The notes beneath the pieces were generated by a model, which was given only the letters and a program-made list of their open reading frames with translations, did no database searches and was not told the DNA's origin. This document shows positions 49,006 through 58,387 of a stretch of DNA of 64,000 bases, in pieces. The DNA comes from Spirochaetaceae bacterium (GTDB lineage Bacteria > Spirochaetota > Spirochaetia > DSM-2461): positions 537,968-601,967 of the forward strand of contig JAOPTT010000002.1 in the NCBI GenBank assembly GCA_051531975.1, read 5' to 3'. Both the position numbers and the translations under genes were made by a program. Position 1 is the stretch's first letter; each line of letters begins with the position of its first letter.

Positions 49006-51606
49006 TTAAAGTTTAATGATATTTAGAGATCTGGCTTTTTGTATAGCCATTGTTCGATTTTTTACATTTAGTTTACTAAATATTTTTCTGTTATGACCTT
49101 TGACTGTATCCAGCGCAAGGAAGAGTTTTTCACAAATGTCATTATTGGACAGACCCTGGGCTATTAGCTCAAGTACTTCAATCTCCCTTAAACTTAATGG
49201 ATGAATTAAAGGTTGTTGCAACTCTTTATTACCACTATTTTTAAAAGCTGTTATAATCCTAAAAACATACTCAGATGATAATCCATCAGAAGATATATCT
49301 GAAATCATATTAAACATCGATTTACCTTCGTCTACAAAGATACGTATATAGTTACCATTTTCAGCTAATGTTATTAGTTCTTTAAAAACTCTATTTGTAT
49401 TATCTCTTTCTCCTAGACCATAAAAAGAGAATGCTTGTAGTATAAGAAGATTAAGTTTCTCAAAATACCATTTTTTACTATCAATATCTTTTAATAATCT
49501 GTTAATAATATCTAAAGCCTCATTATATTTACCCTGGTCGATTAACAGACGTATACTGCTAACTGGGATATCATACATTTTTATCTCTGTTTCAGCCTGT
49601 GGTATATCCCCTCTACTTATATGAAATAGAACTCTGGCCTCGACAATATCATTCATGCGGAATTGAAGATTATGACTTAAAACATACTGTTCAGCTTCAT
49701 TCAATAAACTTAAAGCTGCGACAGTATCCTTCTGCACAAGTTTTAATTTTGCCAGTAGTATAAGGCAGGATATTGGTGTGTCGATGTTTTCCAACTGCAG
49801 CGCCAGGGTTAGGCTCTCTTCCCCATATTTTTTAGCTTTTTCTAGGTCATTCCACCAGTAATAAATACGAGCCAAACCTAAAAAAGCCTCACAAGTTGAT
49901 GGCCATGGTGGAGTTCCAATATCTTTTATAATACTTTTAAAAACCTCTTCTGCCTGTAATAATCGGTTCTGAGATTCAAGAACCTGACCAAGACACGTTG
50001 ATGCCGCTATAGTAGACATGACATTTCCCGTAGATTTACTAATTGGAATTACACCTCTATATTCATCTATTGCTAACTCTCTCTGCCCAAGATTCTGATA
50101 TGCAAATCCTAATGTCCATTTAGCCAAGGGTCGTACAGCAAAATTATCAGGGTCTAGGTTTTCAAGTGCTATTTTTGATTGTGTAAGAATTTTTTTTGCA
50201 TCGTGTACTGGGATAGCAAGCATAGCTCGGATAGCTGCAATTTGTCCTACTAGATCTTTATACTTATCTATTTCATCTGTTTTTTTTATCATCTCTTCAG
50301 CTAAAGATAATTTTGAAACTATCCCACTTGCTTTTCCAAGAAATGTGAGAACTAGAGCATGAATGATAACCAAGGATGGTCTGTTTATAAATACGGATTC
50401 AGGTAAAGATTCCAACCAATTGTAGACTGGAACCATCTCTCCTCTAAAAATAAAAGGCATTCCATTACCTTCTATTAGTTTCTCAGCACGATCTATATCA
50501 TTCGCGGCAATAGCATGTTTAAAAGCTTCCATTTCTAGATCATTATTCTCAAACCAGACACTGGCCTTTTTATGTAATTCTGAAATATCAACAGATTCAC
50601 TTCTGTTAAGTCTTTGTCTTAGTAGGTCTGCAAAAAGATGGTGGTAACGAAACCATTTTCTCTGATCATCTAGAGGAATAATAAAGAGATTAGAATGTTC
50701 TATTAATTCAAGAGTTTCCTGACCTGAGACTTTATCATTCTGAAAAACTGAATCACATAGTGAACCACAAAATCTATCCATAATTGATGTCTGAAGCAGA
50801 AAGTTCTGAATATCTTCAGTTTGCTGCCTTAAAACTTCTTCAACTAGATAATCAAGGATGTACCGATGACTTCCAGAAAATGTATTAATGAACTCATGGG
50901 TATCATGATGTCCCTTTATAGAAATCGCTGCTAACTGTAATCCTGCAATCCAACCCTCTGTTCGGGATTCAAGTATGACTAAATCATCCTCTTTTAGATT
51001 AAGTTTCATCACTTTGTTTAAAAAAGAAGTAATTTCAGATAACGTGAAACGCAGATCTTTTGATCTAATTTCATTTAATTGTCCACGAACACGATACCGT
51101 GGCAGAGGAAGTACCGGGTCTTCCCGTGTGGCAATAACGAGGTGTAATTGTTCAGGAATATTTTCTATAAGAAAGTTTAGGATATTATCAACATCAGTGG
51201 AATCTACCAGATGATAGTCGTCTAAAATAAGGATTGTTTTATCTTCTAAAACAGTTAATTCATTGATTATAGAAATAAGTATTGATTCAGGTGATGGTGG
51301 CTGAGGTGACCTAAGCATTGCCATCATTCCAACTGCAAAGTCCGGGTATAACGTCTGGATTGCTGCAATTAAGTAGATAAGAAAATGTGAAACATCACTA
51401 TGCTCTTCATCTAATGAAATCCAAGCAACAGGTCTCTTACATACTGTTATCCACTGACTAAGTATTGTTGTTTTTCCAAAACCTGCCGAGGCTGATAAAA
51501 GTGTCAATTTTACATTTAAACCATCATTCAACTTATCTATTATATGTTTTCTTAGAATCACTTTTGACATTGTTTGAGGAATGTGTAATTTTGTAGATAA
51601 AATCAT
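49006..51606 (-). CDS. MalT-like STAND ATPase / LuxR transcriptional regulator (copy 2)
   Basis: ASAGFGKTT, LDDYH, TEGWIAGLQL, WFRYHHLFAD, LSLREIEVL HTH. Confidence 0.92.
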   Translation of the reverse strand: MILSTKLHIPQTMSKVILRKHIIDKLNDGLNVKLTLLSASAGFGKTTILSQWITVCKRPVAWISLDEEHSDVSHFLIYLIAAIQTLYPDFAVGMMAMLRSPQPPSPESILISIINELTVLEDKTILILDDYHLVDSTDVDNILNFLIENIPEQLHLVIATREDPVLPLPRYRVRGQLNEIRSKDLRFTLSEITSFLNKVMKLNLKEDDLVILESRTEGWIAGLQLAAISIKGHHDTHEFINTFSGSHRYILDYLVEEVLRQQTEDIQNFLLQTSIMDRFCGSLCDSVFQNDKVSGQETLELIEHSNLFIIPLDDQRKWFRYHHLFADLLRQRLNRSESVDISELHKKASVWFENNDLEMEAFKHAIAANDIDRAEKLIEGNGMPFIFRGEMVPVYNWLESLPESVFINRPSLVIIHALVLTFLGKASGIVSKLSLAEEMIKKTDEIDKYKDLVGQIAAIRAMLAIPVHDAKKILTQSKIALENLDPDNFAVRPLAKWTLGFAYQNLGQRELAIDEYRGVIPISKSTGNVMSTIAASTCLGQVLESQNRLLQAEEVFKSIIKDIGTPPWPSTCEAFLGLARIYYWWNDLEKAKKYGEESLTLALQLENIDTPISCLILLAKLKLVQKDTVAALSLLNEAEQYVLSHNLQFRMNDIVEARVLFHISRGDIPQAETEIKMYDIPVSSIRLLIDQGKYNEALDIINRLLKDIDSKKWYFEKLNLLILQAFSFYGLGERDNTNRVFKELITLAENGNYIRIFVDEGKSMFNMISDISSDGLSSEYVFRIITAFKNSGNKELQQPLIHPLSLREIEVLELIAQGLSNNDICEKLFLALDTVKGHNRKIFSKLNVKNRTMAIQKARSLNIIKL

Positions 51607-51721
51607 GTTTAACCTTTACCCCTCTTCTTTGTAATTTTCAAAACAGGACAATAAACAATTAATATATAATACTTCATAATATGTAAAACTTATATAATTT
51701 AACGTAATATAAATAACTCTT

Positions 51722-52063
51722 CTAATAAACTTCAATACTATCTATACCATTAAGATCTACTGTTGAAGTATATATACTATTGCAAGTGACTCTTATATCA
51801 ATTTTTCCACTTATCTCTTCTTTATATAACTGCTTTAAAGATTTAAATTGTTCTATATATAGTGCCTGTAATTCAATATCGGTTCCTGGGTCAAAGTTAA
51901 TTTTAACTATATCATTAACCTTAAACAGTTCTGGGGCTCTGTATATTTCCTTGTTTTTATTTAATAGATATTTTAAAAAACTTTGTCTCTTTAATAACTC
52001 TTTTGCCAATATTTTTTTGTTTATTATTAATAAACCACTTATTAACTCATAAAATATGTCCAT
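51722..52063 (-). CDS. Hypothetical protein, third gene of the AAA/vWA operon
   Basis: AGGAG RBS, 8 nt after the upstream stop; no recognisable motif. Confidence 0.6.
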   Translation of the reverse strand: MDIFYELISGLLIINKKILAKELLKRQSFLKYLLNKNKEIYRAPELFKVNDIVKINFDPGTDIELQALYIEQFKSLKQLYKEEISGKIDIRVTCNSIYTSTVDLNGIDSIEVY

Positions 52064-52071
52064 ATTTTCTC

Positions 52072-53178
52072 CTAGTTTGTAAAAAACATAACTTCCCCAA
52101 AACTAGAGGGGTTTTCCCCATCTTTAGTTAATAACCATAAAACTTTTTGATTAACACTATCTGGGCATAATCCTTTTCCATCAGTAAAAATTACAACTAA
52201 GGGTATTTTCATCTCATCTGCAAGTTTAAAGATAGGATTAAAGTCTGTACTTCCACGTCTATGTCTACCTCTTTCCTGAATATATTGTTTTAGTGGGATA
52301 GGTGTTGAACATTGGGAATCAAACCTAACTATTTGTATTTTTACACCTGTTATCTTATTAATTTCTATTAACTCTTTTATATATATTTGTATTAAGTGAT
52401 CTGGCATAGAACCTGACTCGTCTAGAGCTATTAAAGCCACAACCCCTTTGTTATAGATATTACCTGGATAATGTTCATACCTTCTGGAAACTTTTTTATA
52501 TGATTTCCTCTTATCTCTTCTTCCTTTCCCAGATAAAAACCTTTTAAGAACAGCTCTCCAATTTATTATATAATCACTATATAGTTCAGTTATATTTTCT
52601 AAATCTAATCCACTGTCTATAATACTTTTTGAAACAACTGTTTTTAATAGAGAAAGCTCTTCGTGGGATGGTTCATTATCAGAAATAATATCAGCTTTGT
52701 ATTCCCGGTTATTTAAGGTGATTAAAGCCTGCCCGGAACTAGCTTTACCTTTAATATTAATATTTAACTTATCTAAAATGTTATAATAATATTCACAACT
52801 TTGCCCATATCGGATTTTCACATTAAACTCAAAAGCTATTATTTCGATATTTATCCAATTATCATCTATATAAATTTCATCAATATATTGATTAACAGCC
52901 ATGTCACAAGCCACTGCCCACAAATGTGCAGACTTTTTCCCAATCCTTATATTGTGTTGTAAAATAACATGCAATAACTCATGTAAGATGTATCCATATT
53001 TAAGGTTGTCTTCTAAGTCATGAAACCACTGGGGATTATAGGACATTACAAACCTAGGATAGGCTTGTATATTAATTTTTTTTGTACTTGAACTCTTTTT
53101 TATCTGTAATTTTGACGCTACATGACCATAAAATGGTTCCTTTATAAGAAGCTTTAGTAGTGTCTGCTGGATATCCAT
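52072..53178 (-). CDS. HEXXH metallopeptidase + vWA protein (DUF2201-like)
   Basis: EPFYG, ILHELLH...H, ACD.AVN, INWR..L..F, MIDAS DESGSM, GSTDF, FTDG. Confidence 0.85.
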   Translation of the reverse strand: MDIQQTLLKLLIKEPFYGHVASKLQIKKSSSTKKINIQAYPRFVMSYNPQWFHDLEDNLKYGYILHELLHVILQHNIRIGKKSAHLWAVACDMAVNQYIDEIYIDDNWINIEIIAFEFNVKIRYGQSCEYYYNILDKLNINIKGKASSGQALITLNNREYKADIISDNEPSHEELSLLKTVVSKSIIDSGLDLENITELYSDYIINWRAVLKRFLSGKGRRDKRKSYKKVSRRYEHYPGNIYNKGVVALIALDESGSMPDHLIQIYIKELIEINKITGVKIQIVRFDSQCSTPIPLKQYIQERGRHRRGSTDFNPIFKLADEMKIPLVVIFTDGKGLCPDSVNQKVLWLLTKDGENPSSFGEVMFFTN

Positions 53179-53186
53179 TGTTACTC

Positions 53187-54257
53187 CTAATTAGTCATCA
53201 GATCTATAATTACATCACTAATTGAATCAAATGAATCCATAGAATCTGATATTTGGCTTAGAAGGTTTTCATCTTTTGTAATTAGCTCTTTATAAAATAC
53301 AATTTGAAGTTCCTGGGGTAATATATTTAAGAATCTATTTAAATGTGTTAAATCCATGGAATTTTCGACGTCAATTTTTGAGACTGTAGATTTTATTATC
53401 TGATTTAAAAGATCTATATTATTATTATTAATAAGTCTAACTATCTGGTTTTCTACACTGTTATAATTTGTAAGAATATCGCTAGCATCAGGTAGTTCTT
53501 TATCTCTTAATTGTATAAAACCTAAAAAGGACGCAGCGGCTTCTGATCCAACTATTCCGGCTATAGTTTCCTGGAGTATGTCTTCTGAAATATTGCATAT
53601 TTCTAATATCTCTTGTATTTTTGACCAGCCTCTAGGAGTTGGTGATTTTTGTAGTGCTGAAGAATTTTTTCTTACAACTAATAACATTTCTGGATAGGAC
53701 TTAAGGTAAGATAAAACCTTATTATTTGAAAAAGACAACCTACTATATTTTATATAATCATCAATGTTAGGTTCAATCCAGATGGCGATAAATCTATCAA
53801 TTATTGCATCGTCTAAAGTATTTACCATATAATTCATATTATCTGGATTCATTGTTACAGCAATTCTCCAACCATCCGCTAAAATATGATCATTTAGTTT
53901 CCTCTCAAGTAGCAGTGGGTAGAGTACAGATACAGTATCTGGAGACACCCGATTAATCTCTTCTAGGACTAAAATACCTGATGTTGGATGAATACCACTT
54001 TTTACTGATTGGATTGTTGGTAAAAACCTAGGTGGTAAATATGTAGTTACTTCATCAGTTCTATTTTTATCTGGTAAACCCATAAAATCAGGACCTTCTA
54101 AAGCTGCGGCATATAGATCAATATAACCTATACCCATCTCCTCTGTGCACTGTTTATATATTGATGTTTTACCAACACCTCTTTCACTTATAAGTGCAGT
54201 AACACTATGTGTTTTATATAGCTCTTTAATAACATCTTTTGCTTTATTTAATCTCAT
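53187..54257 (-). CDS. MoxR-like AAA+ ATPase
   Basis: Walker A SERGVGKTS, D..GLP, Walker B VLEEINR, TMNP, LD.A..DRF, PTPRGW. Confidence 0.85.
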   Translation of the reverse strand: MRLNKAKDVIKELYKTHSVTALISERGVGKTSIYKQCTEEMGIGYIDLYAAALEGPDFMGLPDKNRTDEVTTYLPPRFLPTIQSVKSGIHPTSGILVLEEINRVSPDTVSVLYPLLLERKLNDHILADGWRIAVTMNPDNMNYMVNTLDDAIIDRFIAIWIEPNIDDYIKYSRLSFSNNKVLSYLKSYPEMLLVVRKNSSALQKSPTPRGWSKIQEILEICNISEDILQETIAGIVGSEAAASFLGFIQLRDKELPDASDILTNYNSVENQIVRLINNNNIDLLNQIIKSTVSKIDVENSMDLTHLNRFLNILPQELQIVFYKELITKDENLLSQISDSMDSFDSISDVIIDLMTN

Positions 54258-54406
54258 AAAAACCTCTAACTAGTAATAATTACTATTTAGATTAACATTA
54301 TATTAAAATATGATCTACTAAGTCTCGACAGCTAAATAAAACTTATATAGAGATATTAAATTATAAATACCCTATAATTTACTATATAAAATATATTGGG
54401 GGATTT

Positions 54407-55021
54407 ATGAAAAACTTAGATTCGATTAATAATACAGTAGACATGGTTAAACATAAAAAGATATTTAATAGTATATCCCCTATTTATAACCTCTTTTTTA
54501 ACAGTCAGGTTAAAAAATATAGCCAGATTTATATAGATTTAGAATCTGGACTGAATTTAACAAATAATTCTACAATTCTTGACATAGGTTGTGGGACTGG
54601 AGCATTCTCAAAAACTTTCTCATTGGCAGGTCACCTTTTAACAGGTGTAGATATATCAGAAAAGATGCTCAAATATGCTCAAAATCGGGGTATTAATGCT
54701 ATTTATGGTAACATTCTTGATGGTTTAGAATTTGAAAATAAAACATTTGATCATGTTATCTCAGCCTATGTAAGCCACGGCCTTGATAAAGAGAAAAGAG
54801 TAAAAATGTTATTAGAGGCGTCAAGATTATCCAAAGGAGTTGTAATTTTACACGATTATAGTCAAAACAGTAATGCTATGATAAAATTTGTAGAATATCT
54901 GGAAGATGGTGATTACTTTAATTTTATTAAAACTGGAATAAGCGATATGCAAGAGGTATTTTCAAATGTACAGATACTGCCTGTGAATAAATATAATAAT
55001 TGGTATATCTGTACACCTTAA
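54407..55021 (+). CDS. Class I SAM-dependent methyltransferase
   Basis: ILDIGCGTG, GVDISEKML, FDHV. Confidence 0.85.
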   Translation: MKNLDSINNTVDMVKHKKIFNSISPIYNLFFNSQVKKYSQIYIDLESGLNLTNNSTILDIGCGTGAFSKTFSLAGHLLTGVDISEKMLKYAQNRGINAIYGNILDGLEFENKTFDHVISAYVSHGLDKEKRVKMLLEASRLSKGVVILHDYSQNSNAMIKFVEYLEDGDYFNFIKTGISDMQEVFSNVQILPVNKYNNWYICTP

Positions 55022-55099
55022 TCTGTTTTCATCAACTATTTAAAAGTATCTAACTATATATATACAAATAATGAACCTCTGATTATAATTGATTTAGAT

Positions 55100-57124
55100 A
55101 TGGACGAGAGTGATTTATTAAATTTCAAACTGAATCGAATAAAAAGGACTTCAAAACTTAAAAAACCAGGAGAATGGATAGACCCTGATACTATTATTGA
55201 AATAGATGGAAAAGAGATTATTGGTGGATTCTTCTATACTGGGAACTTTCTAAAGGGTCTAGATGCTTTTAGTAATGAACCCTCTTTAATAGATCCTGAT
55301 TTAACTGTTAACTTTAATAATCCAAATATATCAGGAAGCGGTATGGGTTACTGGCCTACATATAGCTTAATATCTCCAGAAAGTAGAGCTGCATATTTAA
55401 ACTGGTTAAGAGGTTCAAGAGATAATACAGAGGACTATATTGGTTTTGTATTTTTATATCTTTATGGATTAGAACGTAGGTTACTTCTAGATAATAGAAA
55501 AAACAAACTTGAGCCACAGGAATTACAGGATATATATACGGAACTATATCGCCTAAAAGATATTTATAATATTAACCACTCATTTGAAATTCATATAAAC
55601 TCTCTTTTATCATATTTAATGGCTATTCAGGCAGACATTGTAGATTTAGAAGATATCCCCAATGATCTAATTCTAAGCAAAAATAAATTTAATAATGGTT
55701 TTAAATATTTAATGGGATACAGTGTTAGAAACTCTATACCTATAACATCAGAACTAGCATATGCATGGGTATATAATCATCCGGAATATAATTTAAGGAC
55801 TCCAGCTGTTCGTTGTGACACAGAATTCAAGAAACTCTTTTCTAAGCGTTTTTCAGAAGAATTTCCTAGTGGAATGATAATTAAAGAGAATAAAAAAAAA
55901 TTAGTTCTCCACTATATACCTGTAAATGTAACCTTAAGAAATTATATTCCACCAAATATTGATCTACCTGATCCATGCAGATTAAAAAAGCACTTTTCTA
56001 TGGTACAGGAAATAGCAGATTTAGTTATTAAGGAACTTGAGCCCTTAAGCCGCTATATGGCTGGTGATGGGCACTCAAAAAAGGATCTAAATTATGTAGC
56101 TTTAATACCAGTTGATCTACTTGATGGTATAAAAAACACCGGACTTGAAAATATTAGAAGTGAATTAACTCAGCTATCAAAAAGTGATACCGAAACTATT
56201 GATGTGGAATTAATTATGAGTTTATTGGATATCAATCCTCATCAGAAATTAGACAAAAAAATTGCACAGTTTATCATTAAAATATTAGGGGCTGTAGGTT
56301 ATGGTGTAGCGCCAGACTTAAGGTACCACCATACGACCTTTAAATTAACAGAGCAGATAGTTCTATTCAAAACTAGTAGGTTTATAAACTTTGAACCATC
56401 CCACGAGTTTAACTTAACTGGGGCAATTATTAGATTAGCAGATCTGATTCCTAATATTTCGGAACAATTATTAATAAACCATATTAATGGTAATAGCTCT
56501 TTAACAGATATGGAGAAATTATCCCTAAGAGCATACCTTAAATGGAGACTATTACATCAAAAAGATTCAGTGGGACTAAAGCTACTATTAAGTTTGCTAA
56601 ATTTAAACCAGAAAGAGGTTATTGGGAACATATTAATTGACCTTAGTATAATAGACGGGAAAGTAGACAGTATAAAAACAGATGCTCTAAAAAAAGTATT
56701 TAATGTTTTAGATCTAGAAGACAATTTGGTAAAAGAAAAAATAGATTTAAAGAGGAAGGACAGTTTTGCTCTGGATCATGATCTATTAAAGATTCACGAA
56801 GAAGAGACTAAGGATGTTCAGGAAATTTTAGAAAATATATTTGCCATAGATGAAATAATTATAGAAAATAAACCACAGGTTCCAAGGACCCAACTGGATA
56901 AAAATCACCTAAACCTTTATAATAAATTAATAAAACAGGAAGAATGGGAATACTCTGAGGTAGAAAAGATATGTAGTTCTTTGAACCTTATGGTATCTGG
57001 GGCAATAGAAGTTATTAATGACTGGGCTTATGATCTAGTTGATGCTCCACTAATTGAAGATGAAAATCCACTATATATAGATGACGAGATAAAACAGGAG
57101 ATTGAATGTATACTAAAAAACTAA
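55100..57124 (+). CDS. sngA: TerB-N / TerB-C domain protein, Shango SngA-like
   Basis: EPSLIDP, YWPTYS.ISP..RAAYL.WL, IGFVFLYLYGLERR, LRTPA.RC; C-terminal GAIEVINDWAYD..DAPLIE. Confidence 0.8.
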   Translation: MDESDLLNFKLNRIKRTSKLKKPGEWIDPDTIIEIDGKEIIGGFFYTGNFLKGLDAFSNEPSLIDPDLTVNFNNPNISGSGMGYWPTYSLISPESRAAYLNWLRGSRDNTEDYIGFVFLYLYGLERRLLLDNRKNKLEPQELQDIYTELYRLKDIYNINHSFEIHINSLLSYLMAIQADIVDLEDIPNDLILSKNKFNNGFKYLMGYSVRNSIPITSELAYAWVYNHPEYNLRTPAVRCDTEFKKLFSKRFSEEFPSGMIIKENKKKLVLHYIPVNVTLRNYIPPNIDLPDPCRLKKHFSMVQEIADLVIKELEPLSRYMAGDGHSKKDLNYVALIPVDLLDGIKNTGLENIRSELTQLSKSDTETIDVELIMSLLDINPHQKLDKKIAQFIIKILGAVGYGVAPDLRYHHTTFKLTEQIVLFKTSRFINFEPSHEFNLTGAIIRLADLIPNISEQLLINHINGNSSLTDMEKLSLRAYLKWRLLHQKDSVGLKLLLSLLNLNQKEVIGNILIDLSIIDGKVDSIKTDALKKVFNVLDLEDNLVKEKIDLKRKDSFALDHDLLKIHEEETKDVQEILENIFAIDEIIIENKPQVPRTQLDKNHLNLYNKLIKQEEWEYSEVEKICSSLNLMVSGAIEVINDWAYDLVDAPLIEDENPLYIDDEIKQEIECILKN

Positions 57125-58386
57125 GAGCTAAAGAGAGAGATTCTATAATTCAATCATTAAAAGCCGGTGTAACTCCACGAACTGGTATACAGCATATTCA
57201 GGTCGGTAGAGTAAAAGAAGTAAAAGCACTTATAAAAGATATAGATAGAGTTGCAGAAGGTGGTTCAGCTTTTAAACTAATTATTGGTGAGTTTGGATCG
57301 GGAAAGACATTCTTTTTATCTGTTATTAAATCTATAGCTCTAGAAAAAAAACTTGTTGTTATAAATGCAGATCTATCCCCAGATAGAAGAATACATGCAT
57401 CTAGTGGACAGGCAAGAAATCTATATTCAGAACTTATGAAGAACCTCTCTACAAGAAACAAACCAGATGGAAATGGACTAACAAGTGTTGTTGAGAAGTT
57501 TATAAGTTCTGCCCGCCAGGAAGCTGATAGTTCAGATTATTCTGTATCAGAAGTTATTAAAAATAGACTATCTTCTATGCATGATTATGTTGGAGGATAT
57601 GACTTTGCCCAGGTAATAAACAAGTATTGGGAAGGCTATGAAAGTTCTAATGATGAACTTAAAAACAGCGCGATAAGGTGGCTAAGAGCTGAATATACAA
57701 CTAAAACTGATGCCAAAAAGGCATTGGGGATTAGAACTATAATATCCGATACATCATTTTATGATAACCTAAAATTAATGAGCCTATTTGTAAAACAGGC
57801 TGGATATACTGGTCTTTTAGTAAACCTAGATGAGATGGTAAATCTCTACAAACTACACAATAGGCAGGCTAGGCTGTCTAACTATGAGCAAATTTTAAGG
57901 ATTTTAAACGACTGCCTACAAGGAAGTGCAAACAGTATAGGTTTTCTACTTGGTGGAACCCCTGAGTTCCTTTCTGATACTAGGCGCGGACTGTTTAGTT
58001 ATGACGCTCTACAAACCAGGCTTGCAGAGAACAGTTTTGCAAAAGATGCTGGAGTCGTAGACTATACCTCACCTACGTTACAACTTAATAATCTAACACC
58101 GGAGGAGTTATATATACTCTTAAAAAATCTCAGATGGGTTTATGCATCAGGGGATGAATCAGAATATCTTGTATCTGATGAAGCGCTATCAGCATTTTTG
58201 AATCACTGCAGTAATAAAATTGGGGATGCTTATTTTAGGACACCAAGAAATACTATAAAAGCATTTGTAGATATGCTTGCCGTTTTAGAGCAGAACAGAG
58301 ACTTAAAGTGGGAAGATCTTATAGATTCTGTGGAATTAACAGATGCAGATAGTTTAGATAACGAGCTAACAGGTTTTGAACTCTGA
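57106..58386 (+). CDS. sngB: DUF2791 (BrxD-like) P-loop ATPase, Shango SngB-like
   Basis: SLKAGVTPR.G, GEFGSGKTF, LDEMVNLYK, YDALQTRL, TPRNTIKAF. Confidence 0.83.
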   Translation: MYTKKLRAKERDSIIQSLKAGVTPRTGIQHIQVGRVKEVKALIKDIDRVAEGGSAFKLIIGEFGSGKTFFLSVIKSIALEKKLVVINADLSPDRRIHASSGQARNLYSELMKNLSTRNKPDGNGLTSVVEKFISSARQEADSSDYSVSEVIKNRLSSMHDYVGGYDFAQVINKYWEGYESSNDELKNSAIRWLRAEYTTKTDAKKALGIRTIISDTSFYDNLKLMSLFVKQAGYTGLLVNLDEMVNLYKLHNRQARLSNYEQILRILNDCLQGSANSIGFLLGGTPEFLSDTRRGLFSYDALQTRLAENSFAKDAGVVDYTSPTLQLNNLTPEELYILLKNLRWVYASGDESEYLVSDEALSAFLNHCSNKIGDAYFRTPRNTIKAFVDMLAVLEQNRDLKWEDLIDSVELTDADSLDNELTGFEL

Positions 58387-58387
58387 T

